A DNA stretch of 64,000 nt from an uncultured delta proteobacterium (GTDB lineage: Bacteria > Desulfobacterota > Binatia > UBA9968). The notes under the pieces are model-generated. The model worked only from the letters and a program-made list of their open reading frames with translations. It had not been told where the DNA came from and ran no database searches. The DNA lies in assembly GCA_963755715.1 (NCBI GenBank), contig CAVWLW010000044.1:1-64000 (forward strand), in the 5' to 3' direction. Of the stretch, positions 31,238 to 40,565 are shown piece by piece; the stretch's first letter is position 1; the number at the start of each line of letters is the position of its first letter. A program made the translations under genes and the position numbers.

Positions 31238-31957
31238 ATGGCGGAGAAAAAACTCACCGGTAAAATTGCGCGAGAACGGATTCGCTTGATGGAGACGCCG
31301 CGGCCGCCGGAAGGGATCATCGAGGGCTATCGCGCACTCGGCGACGCCACCGGCATAATTTCAGACGTGATGGACGAGCTCGGTATTACCGGCGTTGTCG
31401 GCGCAGCCGTGCTGAAGCCGACCATCGCCGGCGCGTGCATCGTCGGGCCGGCGCTCACCGTGCGCAACATCGTGCAGCGCGAGCATGTCTATGAAACCGC
31501 GCGCCAACACGTGAACAAGATGGCGGAGTTCGAAGCCCACAATTTGGCACGCCCGGGTGATGTGGTGGTGATCGATGGAGTCGCGGGGATTTCGAACATG
31601 GGCGGTATTTCCGCGCAAACCGGCAAGCGCCAGGGCGAAGTAGGCGCGGTGGTCTTCGGCGGCGTGCGCGATGTCGCCCATTCACGCCGGGTCGGATATC
31701 CGGTTTGGGCCACTGAGGTTACGCCCGTCACCGGCAAATGGCGCATCGAGACCGTCGAGATCAACGGCGAGATCGTGGTTGGCGATATTCGCGTCGCTCC
31801 CGGTGACATCGTGTTCGCCGACGATACGGGAGTGTGCTTCATTCCACGATCAAGGGCTGCGGAGGTTCTGGCCATGGCGAGGCGAAAATCCGCTGCCGAA
31901 GAAGCCAAATGTAAAGCAATTGACGATGGTGTCGGTGTCGCTGATCTTCCGGCGTAG
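31238..31957 (+). CDS. RraA/HMG-CHA aldolase family protein
   Basis: ISDVMD, GPALTV, PGDVVVID, GGVRD, PGDIVFADDTGV. Confidence 0.88.
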   Translation: MAEKKLTGKIARERIRLMETPRPPEGIIEGYRALGDATGIISDVMDELGITGVVGAAVLKPTIAGACIVGPALTVRNIVQREHVYETARQHVNKMAEFEAHNLARPGDVVVIDGVAGISNMGGISAQTGKRQGEVGAVVFGGVRDVAHSRRVGYPVWATEVTPVTGKWRIETVEINGEIVVGDIRVAPGDIVFADDTGVCFIPRSRAAEVLAMARRKSAAEEAKCKAIDDGVGVADLPA

Positions 31958-32161
31958 CCGCCATTTCCAGAAGACTGCATTATCGACTGCTAATAATTCG
32001 TTTCTCATTCAATCCCGCGCCAAACTCCCTGAGCTGTGGAACATTTCCGATCTCTGGACATCGCGGCGCCCCTCAAAATCCGCGATTTCTTACGACAGGG
32101 CAATCGCTATATTTGCCACATCCCGCTCAAGATCGTGTCGCGATTCGCACAATCATATGGA

Positions 32162-32266
32162 TGTCTGCTGAGCAACGCGAAGCATCGCGTCTTTTCAGCA
32201 GGTTGCGAAGACGAGATTCTTCGCCGGAGTTTATCCCGAGCAAGGTCGAAGGGGCTCAGAATGACA
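32162..32266. repeat. Nested palindromic REP/MITE-like element
   Basis: TGTC-TGCTGAGC...GCTCAGAATGACA ends, inner GCGAAGCATC/GATTCTTCGC and CGTCTT/AAGACG stems, plus a ~29-nt insert. Confidence 0.6.
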
Positions 32267-32491
32267 TTAAGACACAGTCTCTTCGGGAGAATTCGATGGA
32301 CATTAAAGAAAGGCCGGAACAGATCTCGTTGTAACCGGCAAGATTGACTCCGCGCCTTGGCTAAGTTGCCTTAACGCGCGCTGGCTCGTATAAGTTTTTT
32401 GTGCGGATGCGATTCGATCCCTTAACAAGCTTGATCGACGAGCCGGCATTAAGTTGAGTTCAAACCAACAAGATATTGGAGATGGTCAAAC

Positions 32492-33232
32492 ATGGATTGG
32501 ATGACAAACCCGGAAGCCTGGATCGCGTTCGCCACACTGCTGGCGCTCGAAATCGTTTTGGGCATAGACAACGTGGTTTTTATCTCGATTCTGGCGGGTA
32601 AACTGCCGGCAAACCAGCAGGCTAAGGCGCGCTATCTTGGACTGGCACTCGCGATGGTGACGCGCATTATCCTTCTATTCTCGATTTCCTGGATGGTGCG
32701 GCTAACCGCGCCCTTGTTCACTGTTTTTGGCGTGGAAATTTCCGGCCGGGACTTGATACTGATCGTCGGCGGGCTGTTTCTGATTGGCAAAAGTACCCAC
32801 GAAATCCATCAAAAACTCGAAGGTGAGCGAGGACAAGTAAGCGCTCGCGTGGCGCCGACATTTACCGGGGTGATCGTGCAGATCCTGCTCCTCGATGTCG
32901 TGTTTTCGCTCGACTCGGTGATCACCGCGGTTGGCATGGTCAATCAGATCGGCATTATGGTTGCCGCTGTGATGGTGGCGGTGATCGTGATGATCGGCTT
33001 TGCCGGCGCGATCGGCCGCTTCGTCGAGCGCCATCCTACGGTGAAAATGTTGGCGCTAAGTTTTCTGCTATTAATCGGCATGACGCTGATGGCCGAGGGA
33101 TTCGATCAGCATATTTCGAAGGGCTACATCTATTCGGCGATGGCTTTTTCCGTGTTTGTCGAGGTTCTCAATCTGAGGGCAAAAAAAGCCGCGGAGCCGG
33201 TTAAGTTCCACGAGTCATACAGCGAACGTTGA
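32492..33232 (+). CDS. TerC family membrane protein
   Basis: LEIVLGIDNVVFI, DVVFSLDSVITAVG. Confidence 0.92.
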   Translation: MDWMTNPEAWIAFATLLALEIVLGIDNVVFISILAGKLPANQQAKARYLGLALAMVTRIILLFSISWMVRLTAPLFTVFGVEISGRDLILIVGGLFLIGKSTHEIHQKLEGERGQVSARVAPTFTGVIVQILLLDVVFSLDSVITAVGMVNQIGIMVAAVMVAVIVMIGFAGAIGRFVERHPTVKMLALSFLLLIGMTLMAEGFDQHISKGYIYSAMAFSVFVEVLNLRAKKAAEPVKFHESYSER

Positions 33233-33291
33233 TCGCAAGGGTCGCCCCGACATCCGTCAGTTGGCAGCCAGGATGTTTCATTCATGATTCG

Positions 33292-34044
33292 TCACCGGGT
33301 GCTGGCATAGAATTCAACGCGCCGCTCGACGAAAGCGACGGCCTCGGAGACCGCAAACGCGAACATAAAAACGATCACCACGAGAGCCCAGAATTCTTCC
33401 ATGAGAAAATTTTGCGAATAGAGTTCGAATAATTCTCCCACGCCGATAATCGCGATGAGCAACTGGCCGATAACGACGCCTTTGACGCCGCGGATGACTC
33501 CGAGCCGCACGCCGGCGAGAATCTCCGGCAGGGCGCTCAAAAAAAGAATTTTCGTATAAAGTTGGCGCCGTGTCGCACCGAAGCAGCGGGCCATCTCCAC
33601 GAGCGAGCGGTCGGCCTGCTCGATTCCCACCCGAGTGTCCAAGATGATCACGAAAACGGCGAAGAGAAAAACCGTGGCCACCACCGTGGTTTCCCCGATG
33701 CCGAGGACCGACATGAAAATCGGCACCAGCGCGGAGATCGGCGCGCTGACGAAGATATTGACCCACATGCCGAAGATTTTGCCGACGCTTTTTATTCGCG
33801 CCATGAGGACGCCGGCGGGAATACCGATCAGGAGCGCCAGCGCCATGCCCAACGCGAAAGAGCGCAGAGAGATCGAGACCGCCGTACTGAATTTTTCCGT
33901 CGGTAGGATCGTGATGCCAGCCGCGATCACGCGGGAAAAAGGCGGAACGATCGTCGACAGCTCGGCGCGGCCGATGATCTCCCAGACGACGAACCAGATC
34001 GCGAGCGAAAAAAGGATCGGGATGCGCTTGCCGAATAAAGTCAT
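33292..34044 (-). CDS. NitT/TauT ABC permease
   Basis: EAA-like loop LVEMARCFGATRRQ...ALPEILAGVRLG. Confidence 0.88.
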   Translation of the reverse strand: MTLFGKRIPILFSLAIWFVVWEIIGRAELSTIVPPFSRVIAAGITILPTEKFSTAVSISLRSFALGMALALLIGIPAGVLMARIKSVGKIFGMWVNIFVSAPISALVPIFMSVLGIGETTVVATVFLFAVFVIILDTRVGIEQADRSLVEMARCFGATRRQLYTKILFLSALPEILAGVRLGVIRGVKGVVIGQLLIAIIGVGELFELYSQNFLMEEFWALVVIVFMFAFAVSEAVAFVERRVEFYASTR

Positions 34045-34185
34045 ACAGTCACCGGCCCGCAACGCATCACCGAAGCGGGGTCCAGCCAGACGAGCCCGAG
34101 GAGGAGCCGTCCGGAAGCGTACGTGGTTCGGTACGTTGAGGAACGACGACCGAGAACGAAGTATCGCGCAGCAATTCGGCTTCCG

Positions 34186-34950
34186 CTAAATGTAGTGTTT
34201 GAGGATCTGCCATATCTCGTCCACCGCGTCGAGATAATTCTTGTCGCGCCGAATCTCGTCCGGACTCCTCCCCTGGCGGTCAATGTTGGGCTGGATGATT
34301 TTCGATACGGTTCCCGGACGTGCCGACAGGAGCACGATCTGATCCGAGAGATAGGCCGCCTCTTCGATACTATGGGTGACGAAGATCACGGTCTTTTTCT
34401 TGTTCTTGAGCAGATCCAAAAGTTCTTCCTGGAACTTTCGCCGCGTCTGTTCATCGACGGAAGAAAACGGCTCATCCATGAGGATGATTTCCGCATCGAC
34501 AGCGAAGGCGCGGGCGAGCCCGACTCGCTGGCGCATCCCGCCCGAGAGCTGGTGCGGATAGCTGGATTCGAAAGCTTTGAGCCCGACCTCCGCGATGTAT
34601 TTGCGGGCGATTGGATCGCGCTCTTCTTTGGGCATGCCGCGTAGTTCCAAACCAAAACCGACGTTGCGCAAAACGTTGCCCCATGGCAGCAGCGCGAAAT
34701 CTTGAAATACAAACGCGCGCTCGGGCCCCGGCCCGTCGACCTTTTTGCCTTTCACCCAGATCTCGCCGCGATTGGGCGGAATCAGCCCAGCGATGATTTT
34801 TAGAAGCGTCGTTTTGCCGCAACCGCTGGGGCCCAGCAACGTGCTGAGCCCGCCGTGAGGAAGCGCTACGTTGACCTCCGCCAGGGCCTCGACGCCGCCA
34901 TCGTAGGTCTTGCCGACATTTTTCACGTCCACGATGGCCTCAGCTGACAT
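34186..34950 (-). CDS. NitT/TauT ABC ATPase
   Basis: GPSGCGKTT, LSGGMRQR, ILMDEPF, VTH. Confidence 0.93.
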   Translation of the reverse strand: MSAEAIVDVKNVGKTYDGGVEALAEVNVALPHGGLSTLLGPSGCGKTTLLKIIAGLIPPNRGEIWVKGKKVDGPGPERAFVFQDFALLPWGNVLRNVGFGLELRGMPKEERDPIARKYIAEVGLKAFESSYPHQLSGGMRQRVGLARAFAVDAEIILMDEPFSSVDEQTRRKFQEELLDLLKNKKKTVIFVTHSIEEAAYLSDQIVLLSARPGTVSKIIQPNIDRQGRSPDEIRRDKNYLDAVDEIWQILKHYI

Positions 34951-35788
34951 CCTCAAAACCTCTCATTTCAGGCGGAAAGAGCTTGCGCTCCAGCCGCTCG
35001 AGCGCTTGGATCGTCAACGCCGCGAAAAGCACAATGGAGGCGATCGCCGCGAACATCTTTGGATAGTCCGCCACCGAGCTGTTGTAGGTGATTAGATCGC
35101 CGATGCCCGTCGGCGTGATCAACAGTTCGGCGATCACGATGCCGATGAATCCCATCGCCAGTCCAAGCCGCAGGCCGGCGAAGATCAAAGCGGCGGCGTG
35201 GGGCAGGATAATCTTGATCACCTCCTGTCGCCTCGTTCCCAAAAACGCACGGCACATTTGGATCAGCGACGGATTGGTATTGCGGATGCCCTTGTAAGAA
35301 TTCATCACGATAACGGGCGCAGCCAAAACGACGACGGCCAAAACTTTGGCGGTAACGCCGATGCCGTACATGTAAGTGATCAGCGGAATGATCGCCGCCA
35401 TCGGCGCTGCTTGCAACACGATGAAGATGGGCAGACTCAACCACTCGATGGCGCGGGAAAGCCCCATGCCGATGCCGAAACCGATGCCGACGACACTGCA
35501 GAGAACGATGCCGATGGCCAGCGGTTGGAGCGTAGATTGATAAGCTTTAAGGAGACTGCCGTCGACGATCATGCCGAGCAGCGCCGCCAGGGTCTTACTG
35601 AACGGCGGAAAGGCATAGCTGATCGGCCAGCGCCCGGCCAGCTCCCACAAACCGAAAAAGAGCGCGAAGGAAAGCAATTGCCAGAGGAATGGCTTCGCGA
35701 TCCAGCTTTTTTGCTCCACGGAGTCAGTTACCAGCGAGTGATTGAAAAAACGCTCAGTTGCTTCGCCGCGCGCGAACACATCCGCCAA
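34940..35788 (-). CDS. NitT/TauT ABC permease
   Basis: LIQMCRAFLGTRRQ...IFAGLRLG, IAEL. Confidence 0.88.
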   Translation of the reverse strand: MADVFARGEATERFFNHSLVTDSVEQKSWIAKPFLWQLLSFALFFGLWELAGRWPISYAFPPFSKTLAALLGMIVDGSLLKAYQSTLQPLAIGIVLCSVVGIGFGIGMGLSRAIEWLSLPIFIVLQAAPMAAIIPLITYMYGIGVTAKVLAVVVLAAPVIVMNSYKGIRNTNPSLIQMCRAFLGTRRQEVIKIILPHAAALIFAGLRLGLAMGFIGIVIAELLITPTGIGDLITYNSSVADYPKMFAAIASIVLFAALTIQALERLERKLFPPEMRGFEDVS

Positions 35789-35846
35789 AGGCGCTAGAGA
35801 CCCGGGTACCTCGGACTCTCAATCTCTCCGACACCCAAGCCGGCTT

Positions 35847-36833
35847 TCACTTCACCTTCGGAAGCGCAGCCTTGAGCGGAGCGAAATGCCAGAACTCGTC
35901 CGCCTTCAGGTTTTCGCCGGTCAGCGCGCCGGAGAGAGCGTAGAATTCCAAATCATTCTTGGCCGCGCCCTCGACGCCGCCGTCGTTTGGAAAGACGCCG
36001 TTTTGTACGGCTTCCTCGAAGAAAGGAAGAATCTCCTCCTCCAGCTTCGCGGGCAGGTCCTTTAAGAGCGCGAGTTTCTTGCGCTCTTCGATCACCCACT
36101 TGGGATTCGCATTGATCTGCCGATTGACCCTTATCAGCTCTTCCACGAAGACTGCGATGGCCGCTTGATTTTTGTCGAGAAACTCTCGGGTGGCGAAGAG
36201 CGCCTCGTCGCTCGCCTTCAAATTGCCGAGCGGCAAGATGATGAACTTGTCGGGCGCTTCCTTCATCACCCTGTTTTTGTTGGGCGCGTCCAAGATCGTC
36301 GCCTTGATATTGCCCTTCAAAAGCGCCAGAGCGCGCACTTGAGATCCAGGCACGTAGCTCACGCTCTTATACTTGATACCGTGCTGCTTCGCCGCCAGGA
36401 GCATGATCGCCTCGGTCCCGGAACCGCGTCCCTGCAACGCGATCTCCTGACCGTCCAGATCTTTCCAGCTCTTGTAGCTGTCCTTGGCTACCACCGGAAA
36501 AAACAGCAAGGTGCTCAACTGATAAAAAAAGCGGATCGGCACGTTGGCTTTCTGAACGGCCGCGTACGGCGTCCCTTGCCCGACGTCCGCCTGACCGTTG
36601 ATCACGGCTTGGGTCGCGACTTCCTCGCTTTTAAACGCGGTAACCTCGACATCGACGCCGCGCGCCTTGGCGCGCTCGACAGCGATCAGGAGCGGCAACT
36701 CGTCGATCGACACGACATCGCCCAGGGCGTACCTGATTTTGGTTCTGCCCTGCGCCCCCGCCTCGCCGGCCAAGGTGCCAACGAAAACGAAGAGAATCAG
36801 AAAACCGACAATCGATTTTGCCGAGTGGGTCAT
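35847..36833 (-). CDS. NitT/TauT ABC substrate-binding protein
   Basis: Signal peptide; WKDLDGQEIA; first gene of the ABC operon. Confidence 0.85.
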   Translation of the reverse strand: MTHSAKSIVGFLILFVFVGTLAGEAGAQGRTKIRYALGDVVSIDELPLLIAVERAKARGVDVEVTAFKSEEVATQAVINGQADVGQGTPYAAVQKANVPIRFFYQLSTLLFFPVVAKDSYKSWKDLDGQEIALQGRGSGTEAIMLLAAKQHGIKYKSVSYVPGSQVRALALLKGNIKATILDAPNKNRVMKEAPDKFIILPLGNLKASDEALFATREFLDKNQAAIAVFVEELIRVNRQINANPKWVIEERKKLALLKDLPAKLEEEILPFFEEAVQNGVFPNDGGVEGAAKNDLEFYALSGALTGENLKADEFWHFAPLKAALPKVK

Positions 36834-37121
36834 TGTAGCCACCTCCTGCTTTCGTGGCGTGAGTATCGCAAACGCTGGGGAGGTGTCAAGTTACTTTTTT
36901 CAGCGGAATCGGAGCAACGTCGAACCTTGTGAGTGAGCGCAATTGTCGGGATCACAGATTGGACAAATCGTCGGGACAAATTATGAGTGAGCAAGTCGCG
37001 AGAGTTACGTTTTGCGGTGCGAGGCAAACCGCCTACGAGGGTTGCTCGAGCTGCCGCACTTATGGCTTGCGATCTCAAAGATTTTGCGCATACTCTGCTA
37101 AGCGATAGAGTGTTTTTAAAA

Positions 37122-37556
37122 ATGTCTGGCTTAATCAGAAAAAAAGAGCCGTGGAAGACCCGGGCCTCAGTCGACCGAATTGCGCTGGACGAGTGGGGTT
37201 ATCCAAGCGGAATGGTCTGGTGCCCGATGAAGATGAGCGGTATGGCCCTCATGAAGTGCGCCGAGCTGCAGAAACAATTCGGCTGCGGCAGCCTTGCGCA
37301 GTTTAGAATTATCACGACCACGAAGCCCGGCAATGTGCCGTTTTGCTGGCCATGGTTGCGGCGCGGCCGCGAGTGCCCGGAGCGCGCGAACGAAAAAGAA
37401 GTGCGCGAATTGCGGTTGGAGCTGAGCCCGCTCAAATCCGTTGAGAAGAGCAGGAAAAATCCCCGCGCATACCGCTGCACGGCGTGCGGCGGCCGTAAAG
37501 TTTTCGGCGCACGCCAATGTCGCCACTGCTGGCGTCACTCCTTGAGGAGGAGATGA
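37122..37556 (+). CDS. Basic Cys-rich hypothetical protein with a C-terminal zinc ribbon
   Basis: CTAC-x10-CRHC plus 5 further Cys; ends ahead of a bidirectional terminator. Confidence 0.55.
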   Translation: MSGLIRKKEPWKTRASVDRIALDEWGYPSGMVWCPMKMSGMALMKCAELQKQFGCGSLAQFRIITTTKPGNVPFCWPWLRRGRECPERANEKEVRELRLELSPLKSVEKSRKNPRAYRCTACGGRKVFGARQCRHCWRHSLRRR

Positions 37557-37628
37557 CTTAGGGGCTCCAATCGTTTCAGATGGTTCGAACCGTCTAAAGC
37601 GGCGCGCAACAAGTTCTAAAGAAAGATC

Positions 37629-37658
37629 AAAAAAGGGAGGCGACTTGCCTCCCTTTTT
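37629..37658. terminator. Bidirectional Rho-independent terminator
   Basis: A6-gggaggc-gactt-gcctccc-T5. Confidence 0.85.
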
Positions 37659-37678
37659 CATTGCGGTTTTACGAACAG

Positions 37679-38119
37679 TTATTGCACGTTTATTTCAATC
37701 TGCCGCGGCCTGGCTTTTTCCACCTTCGGCACGCGTATCTCAAGGACACCGTCTTTGTAGCTGGCTTCAATGCCATCCTGCTTCACGGTCTCGGGCAGGG
37801 TGAATGAGCGCCAGAATTTTGCGGCGACCCGTTCTGTATGGCGGTATTCAATGCCTTCAGCCGGCTTCTCGGATTTTCTTTCCCCGCTGAGAACCAGGGC
37901 TCCGTCCTTGACTTCCACTTTGATGTCTTCCCTTTTCATCCCTGGAAGCTCGGCGTGAATTAAGTACGAATCCTTGCTTTCCAAAACGTCTACCGCCGGA
38001 TACCACTTCGATACGCTCGGTTGCGTCGACGAGCGACCGTGGTTCTCATCGAATAGATCGTTGAGAACAGACCGAAAATTGCCAAAACCCGCAAATGGTT
38101 CAAATCTTACTAGTTCCAT
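37679..38119 (-). CDS. Hsp20/alpha-crystallin small heat-shock protein
   Basis: PAVDV, AELPG, ASYKDGVLEIRVPK; GGAGG RBS. Confidence 0.93.
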   Translation of the reverse strand: MELVRFEPFAGFGNFRSVLNDLFDENHGRSSTQPSVSKWYPAVDVLESKDSYLIHAELPGMKREDIKVEVKDGALVLSGERKSEKPAEGIEYRHTERVAAKFWRSFTLPETVKQDGIEASYKDGVLEIRVPKVEKARPRQIEINVQ

Positions 38120-38145
38120 AGGTTACCTCCCTATGGTCAAAAAAA

Positions 38146-38200
38146 TAAGCACGCATCCTCGGGTCGTCAAGCGACTTGACAAACGTAAACCCCGTGCTTA
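38146..38200. promoter_or_regulatory. Symmetric divergent promoter/operator
   Basis: TAAGCACG-N12-GTCAAG-CGA-CTTGAC-N12-CGTGCTTA centred on 38173. Confidence 0.6.
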
Positions 38201-38286
38201 GGAGGGTGATTCAAGTTCGAAAACTAAGTCCGGCGAATATAAAATCGTTCAACGTCAGGGGTCCGAGAAATCACGGGAGAATCACA

Positions 38287-39183
38287 ATGGCGACAGCCGG
38301 AGAGAAAATTTACGAATGGGATAAACAACCGCGGATGCCGGTTCCGCCGCCGCCGCGGGGAAGCTGCGATTGTCAATTTCATCTCTATGAGGACCCGGCG
38401 ATGTTTCCACCGCGGTCCAATCCGCCCTACCCGCCGATCACCAGCGCGACATTCAGCGAAGCGCAAAGGATGCACAAGGCAATCGGCTTCGATCGCGGCG
38501 TCATCGTGCACAGCGCGATTTACGGCAGCGATCATCGCTTGTTGTTGCACGCGCTCGAAAGCTTGAACGATCGGGATCATTATCGCGGCATCGGCATCGT
38601 CGACGACCGGGTTTCGGACAAAGAACTTGAGCGCATGCATGCGGCGGGTGTGCGCGGCGCGCGCTTCAATTTCGTCCGCTTTCTTACTCTCGATCAACGG
38701 GAGGCGGAGATCAGACGCTCGATGGCCCGGCTGCGCGAGCTCGGCTGGCACGCGCGGCTGCACGTGAATGGAGACGATCTGCTGAACAATTCAGACTTGC
38801 TGCGTTCACTCAAGGACGTGCCCATGGTGATCGACCATTTCGGCCATGTCGGCTTCGACGGGCGGGATGGACCGGCCGGTGATCCGTTGGGTGCTCGACA
38901 TGCTGAAACAGGAGAATTGGTGGATGATGGTGTCCAACGGCAATCGCGATTCGAAGATGGACGCGGGCTGGGACGACGCGCTTCCCTACGGCAAAGCCTT
39001 CATCGAGGCGGCGCCCGACCGCATCGTCTGGGGCACCGACTGGCCCCATCCGCAGTGGACCAAGCGCATGATGAACGACGCGGAAGAAGTCGAGCTGCTT
39101 TACCGCTACGTCGATGGCGATACGAATTGCTGCGCAAGATTCTCGTCGACAATCCCGCGCGGCTGCACGGGTTCAGAGCTTAG
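38287..39183 (+). CDS. Amidohydrolase, 2-pyrone-4,6-dicarboxylate lactonase (LigI)-like; two frameshifts
   Basis: CDCQFH, GVRGARFN, VIDHFG, WGTDWPHP, ILVDNPARL. Confidence 0.8.
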   Translation: MATAGEKIYEWDKQPRMPVPPPPRGSCDCQFHLYEDPAMFPPRSNPPYPPITSATFSEAQRMHKAIGFDRGVIVHSAIYGSDHRLLLHALESLNDRDHYRGIGIVDDRVSDKELERMHAAGVRGARFNFVRFLTLDQREAEIRRSMARLRELGWHARLHVNGDDLLNNSDLLRSLKDVPMVIDHFGHVGFDGRDGPAGDPLGARHAETGELVDDGVQRQSRFEDGRGLGRRASLRQSLHRGGARPHRLGHRLAPSAVDQAHDERRGRSRAALPLRRWRYELLRKILVDNPARLHGFRA

Positions 39184-39211
39184 CGTTGCACAAGCGATCG
39201 CGAGAGTGAGT

Positions 39212-40315
39212 CTAGTTTAAGCCCGGCTCTAGCTTGTAAAACCGGGCGGCGTTCGTTCGTAGGATCGCGTGCTTGGATTCTGCACTGATCTCCTCCCGCT
39301 CGCAAAGCTCGCGAATTTCTTTTTGGACCGTGTGGACGTTCACCTCGTGGGGAAAGTCCGACGAGAACATGAACGCTTGTTCGCCCGCCACCTTGATCGC
39401 ATAGGCAAGATCCGATTCCCCGCCCTCGACGCCTACGACCAATCGGCCAGCTTGCACCAGCGCGCGGACATAATCCGCGACGGTTTTCCCCTCCGGCAAT
39501 TTCAGTAATTCGCCGCGCGGATTGATCGGCGTGCCCGCCTCGTAGGATCGCGAAAGACGTTCGAGCGCCATGAGGAACCACAACGGACCGCCTTCGAGAT
39601 ACGCGACGCGCAGGCCCGTGAAACGGTCGAAGAGATTGTTCAGCACCATCTCCGCCAAAGCGATCGCCAGAGACATGGGATGTCCAATGGCATTGGCGCC
39701 GGTGGAGATATTCATCGTCTCCATACCGAGGTCCCAATGGCCACCGCCGTGAACGACGATCGGGCAGCCCAAGCGCGCCGCTTCCGCATACACCGGCCAG
39801 TACGGTTTTGCTCCAAGGTTCAAGTGCACCCCCGTCGCGGGAAAAAGCACACCGCACATGCCCAGCTCGGTATAAGCGTGGCGCAGCTCTTCCAACGCCG
39901 CGTCCGCATCATGCATCGGCACGATGGCGATGCCTTTGAAACGGGTATCCCGCCCAAGATAAGTCTCGGCCAACCAATCGTTGTACGCGCGCGCCGCGCC
40001 GACGGCGTAGTCGCGGTCGACGATCCGTCCGATGCGTTGGCCGGCGGTCGGAAAGAGGACAGCATAATCGAATCCTACCTGATTCATGAACTCGATCCAG
40101 CCATCGGCGCCGGGATTTTGAAAGCGGCCTTCAGCATTGGTCGCAAACGCACCGGGCGGAGTACGGGTTAGCGAATATTGGATATGGCTATTGAGCGGAA
40201 ACACGCCGCTCCTGAGTCGGGCACCCGCCGCACTGTAGGGAAAATGACGAGCGATGGCATCGCCGTCTTCGAAAATATGGCCGTCGCCATCGATGATTTT
40301 TAGCTGCTGTGCCAT
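39212..40315 (-). CDS. Amidohydrolase_2 family protein
   Basis: IIDGDGH, RAYNDWL, AYLEGG, FSSDFPH, NAARFY. Confidence 0.88.
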   Translation of the reverse strand: MAQQLKIIDGDGHIFEDGDAIARHFPYSAAGARLRSGVFPLNSHIQYSLTRTPPGAFATNAEGRFQNPGADGWIEFMNQVGFDYAVLFPTAGQRIGRIVDRDYAVGAARAYNDWLAETYLGRDTRFKGIAIVPMHDADAALEELRHAYTELGMCGVLFPATGVHLNLGAKPYWPVYAEAARLGCPIVVHGGGHWDLGMETMNISTGANAIGHPMSLAIALAEMVLNNLFDRFTGLRVAYLEGGPLWFLMALERLSRSYEAGTPINPRGELLKLPEGKTVADYVRALVQAGRLVVGVEGGESDLAYAIKVAGEQAFMFSSDFPHEVNVHTVQKEIRELCEREEISAESKHAILRTNAARFYKLEPGLN

Positions 40316-40565
40316 GGGATGCTCCTTCGTCGACAAGGACTTTTATCGTAGTGCTGCTCAGACGACGCGCTAAAAAATTGCGCGGCGCTGCATCCTACTT
40401 GTTCGCGCTTTAGAAGCCTGCTGATAACACCCGGCTGTGAAAGTTGTCAACTTCACACACGCAGAGACAATCGCGATTGAGCCTCATTCGCTCCACTAAA
40501 TCAATTTGCCCAGCGCGTGCCGGTGCGATATTGTCTCATCAATTCCAGAATCGGGAGGATTGATC

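Noticed and set aside
32340-32491. yybP-ykoY Mn2+ riboswitch upstream of terC
   Set aside because: Its conserved GGGGAGUAG-type and loop motifs are not visible
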